The notes under the pieces are model-generated. The model saw nothing but the letters and a program-made list of their open reading frames with translations. It had not been told where the DNA came from and ran no database searches. A program made the position numbers and the translations under genes. A stretch of 32,647 nucleotides of DNA from an uncultured Defluviitaleaceae bacterium. GTDB lineage: Bacteria; Bacillota; Clostridia; Lachnospirales; WRAX01. Below, piece after piece: positions 24,698-32,647 of this stretch (its first letter is position 1; each line of letters begins with the position of its first letter). The stretch spans positions 8,556 through 41,202 of the forward strand of contig CAYVCG010000004.1 of NCBI GenBank assembly GCA_964449985.1. The letters are read 5' to 3'.

Positions 24698-25252
24698 TTA
24701 GATAGACATAACGTCTTTATTTTTTAACTCAACAAGCTTGTCAATCTCATCAATACTCTTATCTGTAAGCTTTTGAATTTCGTCTTCCAAGTCGTGCAAT
24801 GTATCTTCCGGGATTTCTCCCTTTTTCTCCATCTTTTTAAATGAGTCAACAGCGTCGCGGCGGATATTTCTTATAGCGATCTTGCAATCCTCACCTTTTT
24901 TCTTAACGTCTTTGGTTATGGACTTTCTTCTTTCCTCTGTAAGCTCGGGGAATACGAGCCTAATAAGCTTACCGTCGTTTGAAGGATTGATGCCAAGATC
25001 CGATTGTTGGATGGCTTTTTCAATAAGTTTTAATGTTGATGCGTCCCACGGTTGGATTTGAAGTATGCGGCCTTCCGGAACAGATATGTTTCCAACCTGG
25101 TTTATCGGCGTAGGCTGGCCATAATAGTCAATCGTTATTTTGTCAAGCACATGTGGGTTTGCGCGGCCAACGCGTATCGTAGAATAGTCGTTTTCCAGAT
25201 TTTTGATTGACTTCTTCATTTTCTCTTCATATTCCTTGGTTTTGTCCGACAT
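24698..25252 (-). CDS. frr: Ribosome recycling factor
   Basis: Motifs IRVGRANP, LGINPSNDG, PELTEERRK and AIRNIRRDA. Confidence 0.97.
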   Translation of the reverse strand: MSDKTKEYEEKMKKSIKNLENDYSTIRVGRANPHVLDKITIDYYGQPTPINQVGNISVPEGRILQIQPWDASTLKLIEKAIQQSDLGINPSNDGKLIRLVFPELTEERRKSITKDVKKKGEDCKIAIRNIRRDAVDSFKKMEKKGEIPEDTLHDLEDEIQKLTDKSIDEIDKLVELKNKDVMSI

Positions 25253-25281
25253 AAAATATCCTCCTTTAATTTAATATTGAT

Positions 25282-26025
25282 TTAGCAAGTGATCTTAGTT
25301 CCTACTTTAAATAAATCGGCGTCTTGGCCGAAAACTGCACTTATTATTGATCCGGGGGTGTTAAGCCCGAAGACTACACTTGTCATCTGCCTGTCTTTAC
25401 AGATATCCATAGCAGAAATATCAATAACTCTTAAATTTTTGCTTATAATCTCGGAGTAGGTGAGGGTATCGTATTTTATGGCATCGGGGTTTTTCTTTGG
25501 GTCGCTATCATACACGCCATTAACGTTTTTGGCAAAAAGCACAGCATCAACCCCAAGCTCAGCCCCACGAATAGTTGTGATTGTGTCTGTAGAGAAGAAT
25601 GGAAGGCCAGAACCGCCGGCGAATATAAGTATAACGCCTTTATCAATATAATTTATAGCTTTTGATATTTCAAACTGCTCAGTGAATGTTCCAACAACAA
25701 ACGGTGTCATAACGACAGCATCAGCGCCCTTGGTTTTAAATGCCTCTGAAAGATATATTGCGTTCATGACTGTGGCAAGCATACCAATCTGGTCTGCCTT
25801 TGCTCTGTTCATGCCAGCCTTTGCATCACGACCGCGCCAAAAGTTGCCTCCTCCGATAACGAGCGAAACTTTTACGCCTTTGTTTTTAAGACTTATTATC
25901 TGAGAAACGAGAGTATCCACTGTGGCATCGTCATAAGCGGGATACAAACAGTCCGAACTGCCCGACATAGCTTTCTCGCCCTGCAACGCCTCTCCGCTTA
26001 CTTTTATGATTACATTTTTAAACAT
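25282..26025 (-). CDS. pyrH: UMP kinase
   Basis: Motifs IKVSGEAL, IGGGNFWRG, GMLATVMNA, PFFSTD and GVYDSDP; position between tsf and frr. Confidence 0.95.
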   Translation of the reverse strand: MFKNVIIKVSGEALQGEKAMSGSSDCLYPAYDDATVDTLVSQIISLKNKGVKVSLVIGGGNFWRGRDAKAGMNRAKADQIGMLATVMNAIYLSEAFKTKGADAVVMTPFVVGTFTEQFEISKAINYIDKGVILIFAGGSGLPFFSTDTITTIRGAELGVDAVLFAKNVNGVYDSDPKKNPDAIKYDTLTYSEIISKNLRVIDISAMDICKDRQMTSVVFGLNTPGSIISAVFGQDADLFKVGTKITC

Positions 26026-26127
26026 AATCTATCTCCTTTAAAAATGTTATGTGTGTGAGCACATATAATAATTTACCATATATTTTATAAAAATGCTATA
26101 CATATTTACATTTTAGGCTACACAAAT

Positions 26128-26160
26128 AAAAACCCGCATACTTAATATACGGGTTTTTTA
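26128..26160 (-). terminator. Terminator after tsf
   Basis: AAAACCCG...CGGGTTTT inverted repeat just downstream of the tsf stop. Confidence 0.75.
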
Positions 26161-26169
26161 ATGTTTGTA

Positions 26170-27105
26170 TTAGCCCTTCATCGCTTTGCTGACTTCTTCT
26201 GCAAAGTTTTCTTCTTTCTTTTCTATGCCTTCTCCTCTTTCGAAGGAAACGAAGTTTTTAAGAGTTATAGGCGCGCCAACTTGTTTGCCAACGGATTCAA
26301 GATACTGCGCAACAGACATATCATTGTCTTTAACATACAACTGCTCAAGCAAGCAATATTCTTTAAGAGTTTTATTAAGCCTGCCTTCAATCATTTTTTC
26401 AATAACGTTTTCCGGTTTGCCGGAGTTTTTAGGATCGTTTAACGCTTGAGCTTTCAAGATTGATTTCTCTTTATCAATAAATTCCGGATCAATCTCTTCT
26501 TTGCGAATATATTTCGGATACATAGCCGAAATCTGCATACAAATGTTTTTGCCAGCTTCTAAAACAGCTTCGTTGCTAACAGCGCATTCCATTTCAAGCA
26601 AAACGCCCATTTTGCCATTGCCGTGTATATAGCTTGCAAAAACGCCGTTTGTACCTGTTTCCAATCTTCCGAAACGTCTTATAGTAAGGTTTTCGCCGAT
26701 GATAGCAATTTTTTGGCTGAGAGCTTCTTTAACGGTAACGCTTGGGTCTACAGACCATTTCTCGTTAAGAAAATCTTCAATATTAATCGCACTTGATTCA
26801 AGCGCTTGTTTAGTTACTTGGGCAACATAGTTTCTAAATTCAGCGTTTTTAGCAACAAAGTCTGTTTCGGAGTTAACTTCAACAACAACGCCTTTTGTGC
26901 CTTCGTCGTTTATTAATATTTCTACTATACCTTCAGCTGCAATTCTTCCTGCTTTTTTAGCCGCAGCCGCAAGACCTTTTTCTCTTAAGAAATCTATCGC
27001 CTTTTTAATATCGCCGTCGGTTTCAACAAGAGCATTTTTACAATCGCTCATACCGGCGCCGGACAATTCTCTAAGCTCTTTAACCATTGCTGCTGTTACT
27101 GCCAT
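26170..27105 (-). CDS. tsf: Elongation factor Ts
   Basis: Motifs VKELRELSGAGMSDCKNAL, EVNSETDFVAKN and GEGIEKKEENFAEEV. ATG 27105 follows GGAGG. Confidence 0.97.
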   Translation of the reverse strand: MAVTAAMVKELRELSGAGMSDCKNALVETDGDIKKAIDFLREKGLAAAAKKAGRIAAEGIVEILINDEGTKGVVVEVNSETDFVAKNAEFRNYVAQVTKQALESSAINIEDFLNEKWSVDPSVTVKEALSQKIAIIGENLTIRRFGRLETGTNGVFASYIHGNGKMGVLLEMECAVSNEAVLEAGKNICMQISAMYPKYIRKEEIDPEFIDKEKSILKAQALNDPKNSGKPENVIEKMIEGRLNKTLKEYCLLEQLYVKDNDMSVAQYLESVGKQVGAPITLKNFVSFERGEGIEKKEENFAEEVSKAMKG

Positions 27106-27143
27106 ATTAATTACCTCCAATTATATTAAATAACAAATATGTT

Positions 27144-27893
27144 TTATGCCATAACCTCTTCTGCTTGGGCAGGAGCCTCAGCTTCCGCTTCAGCGCTTGT
27201 TACTTGCTGCTCACCTTGTCTGTTTTCGATAACAGCATCAGCAATCTTGCCAGCAATAAGTTTAACGGCGCGAATAGCATCGTCATTACCTGGGATAGGG
27301 AAATCAACTTCTTCAGGGTCACAGTTTGTATCAACGATAGCGACGATCGGAATACCTAATGTATGCGCTTCCTGAATAGCGATTCTTTCTTTCTTAGGGT
27401 CAACAATAAATATAATATCAGGGATGCGCTTCATGTTTTTAATACCGCCGATATTTTTCTCTAATTTTTCTTTTTCGAGAGAAAGCTTTGCAACTTCTTT
27501 TTTCGGAAGAACGTCAAATGTTCCATCGCTTTTCATAGTTTCAAGCTCTTTCAATCTTTGGATTCTTAATTCGATAGTTTTAAAGTTGGTCAGCATACCG
27601 CCGAGCCATCTTTCATTAACATAATGCATTCCGCATCTTTCGGCCTCTTCTTTGATAGAGTCCTGAGCTTGTTTCTTTGTTCCAACGAAAAGAACTTCTC
27701 CGCCATCCTGCAATAATTCGCAAACAGATGCATACGCTTCATCAATCTTTTTTACGGTCTTTTGCAAGTCAATAATATAGATGCCGTTTCTTTCAGCAAA
27801 TATATATTCCGCCATTTTCGGATTCCAACGTCTTGTTTGGTGGCCAAAATGCACACCTGCTTCCAAAAGCTGTTTCATAGAAATAACACTCAT
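27144..27893 (-). CDS. rpsB: 30S ribosomal protein S2
   Basis: [22 protein letters not shown] and [10 protein letters not shown]. Confidence 0.98.
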   Translation of the reverse strand: MSVISMKQLLEAGVHFGHQTRRWNPKMAEYIFAERNGIYIIDLQKTVKKIDEAYASVCELLQDGGEVLFVGTKKQAQDSIKEEAERCGMHYVNERWLGGMLTNFKTIELRIQRLKELETMKSDGTFDVLPKKEVAKLSLEKEKLEKNIGGIKNMKRIPDIIFIVDPKKERIAIQEAHTLGIPIVAIVDTNCDPEEVDFPIPGNDDAIRAVKLIAGKIADAVIENRQGEQQVTSAEAEAEAPAQAEEVMA

Positions 27894-27904
27894 TTTAATT
27901 TACC

Positions 27905-27995
27905 TCCTATTTGGTTATACCTCCACTGCCTATGCAAAAGAGCAACCGCAAGCATTGCGGCACCATGCTGTTCATAAGACAGTGTGCGTAGTTTT
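27905..27995 (-). ncRNA. rpsB 5' leader (S2 autoregulatory, t44-like)
   Basis: Minus strand ACGCACAC-TGTCTTATG...CCGCAATGCTTGCGG...CATAGGCAG-TGGAGG upstream of the RBS. CACAC...UGGAGG framing a long stem is typical of rpsB leaders. Confidence 0.7.
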
Positions 27996-28032
27996 TAATG
28001 CCAAATGAATCATTTCATCTGACAACTGAAAA

Positions 28033-28061
28033 ATTATAACATATAAAAAAACATAATGCAA
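28033..28061 (-). promoter_or_regulatory. SigA promoter for rpsB-tsf
   Basis: TTGCAT-17 nt-TATAAT with a TG extension. Confidence 0.75.
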
Positions 28062-28096
28062 CATTAAAATCTTTGCTTTTCATAGCATTTTTATGT

Positions 28097-28125
28097 TTGA
28101 AAACGCAGAATATATGTGTTAAAAT
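28097..28125 (+). promoter_or_regulatory. SigA promoter for the tsaE operon
   Basis: TTGAAA-17 nt-TAAAAT with a TG extension. Confidence 0.65.
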
Positions 28126-28207
28126 TCAACTTAATTGGTCTTTGGCTAGTCGCTTATTAAATCATCGCTCCGCCTAGCTTAAAGTATGCATGAAAGGAAA
28201 GGGTATT

Positions 28208-28630
28208 ATGCGTATCATAAACACAAATAGCGTTTTAGAAACAGAAAAATTGGGATATGAAATCGGAAAAGCCGCGAAACCATCACAGGTCTATTGTCTT
28301 TGCGGTGATCTTGGTACAGGAAAAACTGCATTTGTGCGAGGGGTTGCTAGGGGTCTTGGCATATCAGACGACGTAACAAGCCCTACTTTTGGCATCATCA
28401 ACGAATATTATGGAGATATAAATTTATACCATTTTGATGTATATAGAATTACTTCCGTTAGTGAAATGGAAGATACGGGTTATGAGGAGTATTTTTATGG
28501 CGATGGGGTTTGCCTTATTGAATGGGCTGGCATGATAAAAGAGCTTATACCTGATAATGCTGTTTGGATAACAATAAGCAAGGATTTTTCAAAAGGCGAG
28601 GATTATAGAGAGATAGTTATAGAGGATTAA
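28208..28630 (+). CDS. tsaE: tRNA threonylcarbamoyladenosine biosynthesis ATPase TsaE
   Basis: Motifs GDLGTGKT, SPTF, YHFDVYRI and LIEWA. ATG 28208 preferred; 28190 is an alternative. Confidence 0.96.
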   Translation: MRIINTNSVLETEKLGYEIGKAAKPSQVYCLCGDLGTGKTAFVRGVARGLGISDDVTSPTFGIINEYYGDINLYHFDVYRITSVSEMEDTGYEEYFYGDGVCLIEWAGMIKELIPDNAVWITISKDFSKGEDYREIVIED

Positions 28631-28654
28631 TATACAGATAAGAGGTTTTGTATA

Positions 28655-29362
28655 ATGAAGATTTTAGCTTTAGACACTACCGGATTGGCAGCAAGCGTTG
28701 CTATCGTTGATGAGGAAAAGACTGTCGCAGAGTTTACTACAAATTTTAAAAAGACACATTCAGAGACTATTATGCCGATGGTTGATAATATTTTTAGCAT
28801 AACGGGTATGGAGCTTTCTGAGATGGATGCTATAGCATGCTCTAGCGGGCCGGGATCTTTCACAGGGCTTCGCATAGGAATAGCTACAGCAAAGGGCCTT
28901 GCGTTCGGTGCAAATTTGCGCTTGGTACCAGTTCCGACACTTGATGCCATTGCATATAATGTATTTAAAAGTGGGGATTTGGTTGTTCCGCTTATGGATG
29001 CGAGAAGGAATCAAGCATACACTGCCTTTTACGAGTGTGAAATTAATGGCATAAAACGCTTAACGGAATATATGGCATTGGATATAGATGAAATCATAAA
29101 AATGGCAGGAGAATTTGGAAAAAATGTTATATTTTTAGGTGATGGTGCTGCTGCTTTTAAAGCCGAAATCGAGCGCTCGTCCCTAGGCTTTTCTTTTGCT
29201 CCGCCACACATGAACATGCAAAGGGCTTCGTCCGTCGGCAGCCTTGGAATTGTTTTGGCAAAAAGTGGTCATCTCATTGCGGGGCATGAATTTAAGCCAT
29301 TTTATCTGAGAAAATCACAAGCGGAAAGGGAGCGCGATGAACGCACCGGACTAATAAAATGA
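28655..29362 (+). CDS. tsaB: tRNA threonylcarbamoyltransferase subunit TsaB
   Basis: Motifs MKILALDT, GPGSFTGLRIG, DARR and PFYLRKSQAERE. Confidence 0.96.
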   Translation: MKILALDTTGLAASVAIVDEEKTVAEFTTNFKKTHSETIMPMVDNIFSITGMELSEMDAIACSSGPGSFTGLRIGIATAKGLAFGANLRLVPVPTLDAIAYNVFKSGDLVVPLMDARRNQAYTAFYECEINGIKRLTEYMALDIDEIIKMAGEFGKNVIFLGDGAAAFKAEIERSSLGFSFAPPHMNMQRASSVGSLGIVLAKSGHLIAGHEFKPFYLRKSQAERERDERTGLIK

Positions 29363-29390
29363 TTTGACAAATAACAAGGGGATAACTTTG

Positions 29391-29831
29391 ATGATAACCA
29401 TACAACCAATGAAAATAGAACATTTAGATGAGGTTTTTGAAGTTGAATGCGAATGTTTTTCCATACCATGGACAAAAGGAGCTTTTAGAAAAGAGATTGA
29501 GGAAAACAATCTTGGCATATATATCGTTGCTGTTGATGACGGAAAGGTCGTTGGCTATGCGGGCATGTGGCATGTTATAACCGAAGGGCATATAACAAAC
29601 GTCGCTGTGCGTGAGAGCTATCGCCGCAGAAGCATCGGGGATATGCTGATTAAGGAATTGATTAAAATAGGGATAAAAAAACATATGATAGGCATAACTC
29701 TTGAAGTTAGAATTAATAACACAGGAGCTCAGAGGCTTTATACCAAGAACGGTTTTATTCCTGAGGGCATAAGAAAGAATTATTATCAGGATACAAAAGA
29801 GGATGCCATTATTATGTGGAAATATTTTTAA
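29391..29831 (+). CDS. rimI: Ribosomal protein S18 alanine N-acetyltransferase
   Basis: GNAT motifs EGHITNVAV, TLEVR and RKNYYQDTKEDAIIMW; follows tsaB. Start approximate. Confidence 0.92.
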   Translation: MITIQPMKIEHLDEVFEVECECFSIPWTKGAFRKEIEENNLGIYIVAVDDGKVVGYAGMWHVITEGHITNVAVRESYRRRSIGDMLIKELIKIGIKKHMIGITLEVRINNTGAQRLYTKNGFIPEGIRKNYYQDTKEDAIIMWKYF

Positions 29832-29932
29832 TAGATAATTCAGCCCGGCAAGATGCATTTATATGTGAATGTTAATTTTGCTAAAACCAAACCGGGTTAT
29901 TTGCAAAATTAATCAACAAGGGGTGACATGAG

Positions 29933-32326
29933 TTGATAAGAGAATTAAATTATAATGAGCTTAAACGCTTTGATGTGCAAAACCTTATTGCTAATCGATG
30001 CATTGACGACGAATCTGAAGTTTTGCCAAAGATCATAGGCCAAAGACGCGCTGAAAAGGCTTTAAAATTCGGCTTAAACGTTAAGGGTATGGGCTATAAT
30101 ATATTTGTTTCCGGTATGCCCGGCCTTGGGAAAACGGCGTTTGCTAAAGCCTTTGCCGAGGAGATTGCAAAGAGAGAGAACAGGCCGAAGGATTTTTGTT
30201 ATATATATAATTTTAAAAACCCGCAATATCCAGAGCTTTTGACGTTTGAGGCAGGAAAGGGCAGGGCGTTTAAAGAAGAAATGGAGGAGCTTATAGGCAA
30301 GCTTATCCACGAATTTCCACAGGTTTTTAACGATGATGACTTTGAAGAGGAAAAACATGAAATAATAAGGAGTTATCAGGATAAGCGTGAAAACGTTATA
30401 AAGCTTATAACCGATGATGCCAGAAGAAGCAACTTTGGCGTTAAGATGACGAATTCTGGCATATATTTTATGCCTATAATTAACGGTGAGATAATCTCTG
30501 AAGAGGAATATGATGAGCTTTGTGATGAGATAAAAAACGATATCTCTGCAAAGTCCGAGGAGATTCAAACAAAGGCTCTTGAAACCATGCGCCAGATTAA
30601 TGGATTTGAAAGGGCGACACAACAAGAAATCGACGCTTTGGAATATAAGGTCGGTCTTTTTGCTTTAGGGAGACATATAAATAAGCTATGCGAACAATAT
30701 AAGGACAATGAGAGAGTTTTTTCTTATCTGCTTAACGTTAAAGAGGATATTTTGGAAAACATGGACGGCTTTATGCAGGAGGATTCTCAGGAGTCTGATG
30801 TTTTGCAAAATATTATGCCTTGGGTGAGCAAAAAAACGAAAGAGGATTTCCTTTCTAAATATAAGGTTAACCTTTTAACAGATAATAGCGATAGCAATGG
30901 TGCGCCTGTTATTATAGACTTTAATCCAACTTATTCAAACCTTGTTGGAGAAGTCGAATACGATAGCGAGTTTGGAAACTTTATATCCGATTATATGAAA
31001 ATCAGGCCGGGGCTTTTGCATAAGGCAAACGGCGGATATTTGATTTTACAGGTTAAAGATGTTATTTCGAACCCGCATGTTTGGGAAACGCTCAAGCGGG
31101 TCATACGCACTAAAAAGCTTTCTATAGAATCAATGCGCGAATATACCTCCAGCATAGCCGTCACAAGCATAAAGCCTGAACCAATCGATATCGATTTTAA
31201 GCTTATTCTTGTTGGAAGCGGCTTTTATTATGATATATTGAGCGAATATGATGATGAATTCCAGAAGTATTTCAAAATAAATGCAATTTTTGACTATGAA
31301 ATGGATTTCGAAGAGGAAAACATTAAGGATCTGATTGATTTTATTAAGAACGCCGCAAAAGAAGAAGGTATGTGTTCGTTTGATTGCGGCGGTATTTCGA
31401 AGGTTATTGAGTATTCTATGCGTCTATGCGAAAGCCAGGATAAGCTTACAACCAGGTTTGGACGAATTAGGGAGATATTGTGCGAGGCGTCTGCTTGGGC
31501 AAAGATGGATGGCAAGGAAATCGTTACGGCGGAATATATAGATAAGGCTATTTTTGAAAAACAATACCGTGCAAACGTATATGAGGAAAAAATAACGGAA
31601 TTGATAGAAAAGAATATTATTATGATAGAAACTACCGGTGATAAGATTGCGCAAATAAACGGTCTTGCCGTTTTTGACACCGGTGATCACATTTTTGCAA
31701 AACCAACGAAAATAACTGCCACGACATACGTCGGTAAGTCTGGCATAATAAATATTGAAAAAGAGGCAGAAATGAGCGGCGCAATACACGATAAAGGAAT
31801 AGAGGTTATCGTGGGATATTTGGGGCAGAGGTATGCTCAGGATTTTCCGTTGAGTCTGTCTTGCAGGGTTTGTTTTGAGCAAAATTATAGCGGGGTGGAT
31901 GGCGATAGCGCTTCCAGCACAGAACTTTATGCTATTTTGTCAAGCCTTGCAGATGCGCCAATAAGGCAGGATATTGCTGTTACAGGCAGTATGAACCAAA
32001 GGGGAGAGATACAGGCCATCGGAGGTGTGACATATAAAATCGAGGGATTTTTCAACCTTTGCAAAAGGCGTGGTCTAACCGGGAAACAAGGGGTTATAAT
32101 ACCTATTCAAAATATTAGCGATCTTGTTTTGAACGATGAAGTTATTGAAGCTGTGCGTGATGGAAAATTTCATATATATTCTATTAGCACGACTGATGAT
32201 GGAATAGAACTTCTGACGGGTATACCCGCCGGGGTTAAAAATGAAAAGGGCAAATACCCAACGGACTCGATACACGGGCGTGTTTATAAAAAGCTTAGAG
32301 AGTTTTATAAAAAATCTATAGAGTAG
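29933..32326 (+). CDS. Lon-like protease (peptidase S16 with divergent AAA region, LonC-type)
   Basis: Motifs IIGQRRA, GMPGLGKT, GLLHKANGGYLIL, QINGLAV, catalytic Ser motif DGDSAS and Lys in GGVTYKIEGFF. Confidence 0.9.
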   Translation: MIRELNYNELKRFDVQNLIANRCIDDESEVLPKIIGQRRAEKALKFGLNVKGMGYNIFVSGMPGLGKTAFAKAFAEEIAKRENRPKDFCYIYNFKNPQYPELLTFEAGKGRAFKEEMEELIGKLIHEFPQVFNDDDFEEEKHEIIRSYQDKRENVIKLITDDARRSNFGVKMTNSGIYFMPIINGEIISEEEYDELCDEIKNDISAKSEEIQTKALETMRQINGFERATQQEIDALEYKVGLFALGRHINKLCEQYKDNERVFSYLLNVKEDILENMDGFMQEDSQESDVLQNIMPWVSKKTKEDFLSKYKVNLLTDNSDSNGAPVIIDFNPTYSNLVGEVEYDSEFGNFISDYMKIRPGLLHKANGGYLILQVKDVISNPHVWETLKRVIRTKKLSIESMREYTSSIAVTSIKPEPIDIDFKLILVGSGFYYDILSEYDDEFQKYFKINAIFDYEMDFEEENIKDLIDFIKNAAKEEGMCSFDCGGISKVIEYSMRLCESQDKLTTRFGRIREILCEASAWAKMDGKEIVTAEYIDKAIFEKQYRANVYEEKITELIEKNIIMIETTGDKIAQINGLAVFDTGDHIFAKPTKITATTYVGKSGIINIEKEAEMSGAIHDKGIEVIVGYLGQRYAQDFPLSLSCRVCFEQNYSGVDGDSASSTELYAILSSLADAPIRQDIAVTGSMNQRGEIQAIGGVTYKIEGFFNLCKRRGLTGKQGVIIPIQNISDLVLNDEVIEAVRDGKFHIYSISTTDDGIELLTGIPAGVKNEKGKYPTDSIHGRVYKKLREFYKKSIE

Positions 32327-32334
32327 ATTAACAA

Positions 32335-32516
32335 AACCTAGGGGCTGTTAAAGCCACCTAGGTTTTGTTTGTCGACAATTCATCGAGCAATACGGACGCG
32401 CAATGCGCGCCCCTACAGAAATTCCGGTTTTGCCATTTGTAGGGGTGGCCTTTGGCCGTCCGCAATATTTGTCAACATTGTGAACCTAGGGGCCATTAAA
32501 GCCGCCTAGGTTTTGT
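32335..32516. mobile_element. Second copy of the putative MITE-like element (32369-32482), flanked by a duplicated 34-bp hairpin
   Basis: AACCTAGGGGCTGTTAAAGCCACCTAGGTTTTGT (32335-32368) and AACCTAGGGGCCATTAAAGCCGCCTAGGTTTTGT (32483-32516) are 31/34 identical. The insert ends TTGTCGACAA...TTGTCAACA are inverted repeats. REP doublet at 32394-32461. Confidence 0.65.
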
Positions 32517-32519
32517 GTT

Positions 32520-32647
32520 TTAGTTAACCATCATATCCATAAGCTTATATGCGTTCGGAACAAAAACGCCTGTTGCTGCTGCATCTTTTTCATTATAGAT
32601 GCCGTTATTGTTCTTATCGTCGCCTTTTTTGAACAGAACAAACGGAA
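32520..32647 (-). CDS. C-terminal fragment, probably cofactor-independent phosphoglycerate mutase (ApgM-like)
   Basis: Open frame PFVLFKKGDDKNNNGIYNEKDAAATGVFVPNAYKLMDMMVN-stop resembles the C-terminus of Firmicute ApgM proteins. Only 41 aa are visible. Confidence 0.5.
   Translation of the reverse strand, partial: PFVLFKKGDDKNNNGIYNEKDAAATGVFVPNAYKLMDMMVN

Noticed and set aside
537-32275. Numerous 60-180 aa ORFs antisense to or nested in core genes (e.g. 1565-2044, 9321-9803, 19931-20479, 30074-30625)
   Set aside because: They are shadows of well-supported genes, with no recognisable motifs or evident RBS.
1-32647. Prophage, integrase, autonomous IS, tRNA or rRNA genes
   Set aside because: No such coding sequences or RNA structures were recognised in the window.

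Overview
Low-GC chromosomal window from an endospore-forming Clostridia member (inferred from the complete spoIIIAA-AH operon and the SCIFF locus). Most of it is core genome: prs-apt-recJ downstream of scfA-scfB, argS, spoIIIA, a CapA-family metallophosphatase, a membrane GGDEF-EAL protein, a yitJ-like methyltransferase/MTHFR with a pterin-binding methyltransferase, rpsB-tsf-pyrH-frr-uppS-cdsA-dxr-rseP, tsaE-tsaB-rimI and a Lon-like protease. The interesting content is intergenic and mostly absent from the ORF track. (1) A complete type III toxin-antitoxin locus (CptIN-like: about 2.1 x 45-nt pseudoknot repeats, a terminator and the toxin gene) lies just downstream of argS. (2) A complete type I toxin-antitoxin locus (25-aa holin-like toxin with a convergent antisense RNA) lies just upstream of argS, bracketed by two related palindromes. 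(3) The 46-aa SCIFF precursor is present. (4) Two copies of a roughly 120-bp non-coding element carry a GTAG-REP doublet, and each is flanked by a direct duplication of a different terminator hairpin, suggesting a terminator-targeting MITE. Items 1-3 belong to known families. Item 4 and the palindrome-bounded toxin cassette are the best candidates for something undescribed. All calls come from reading the sequence; no searches were run.
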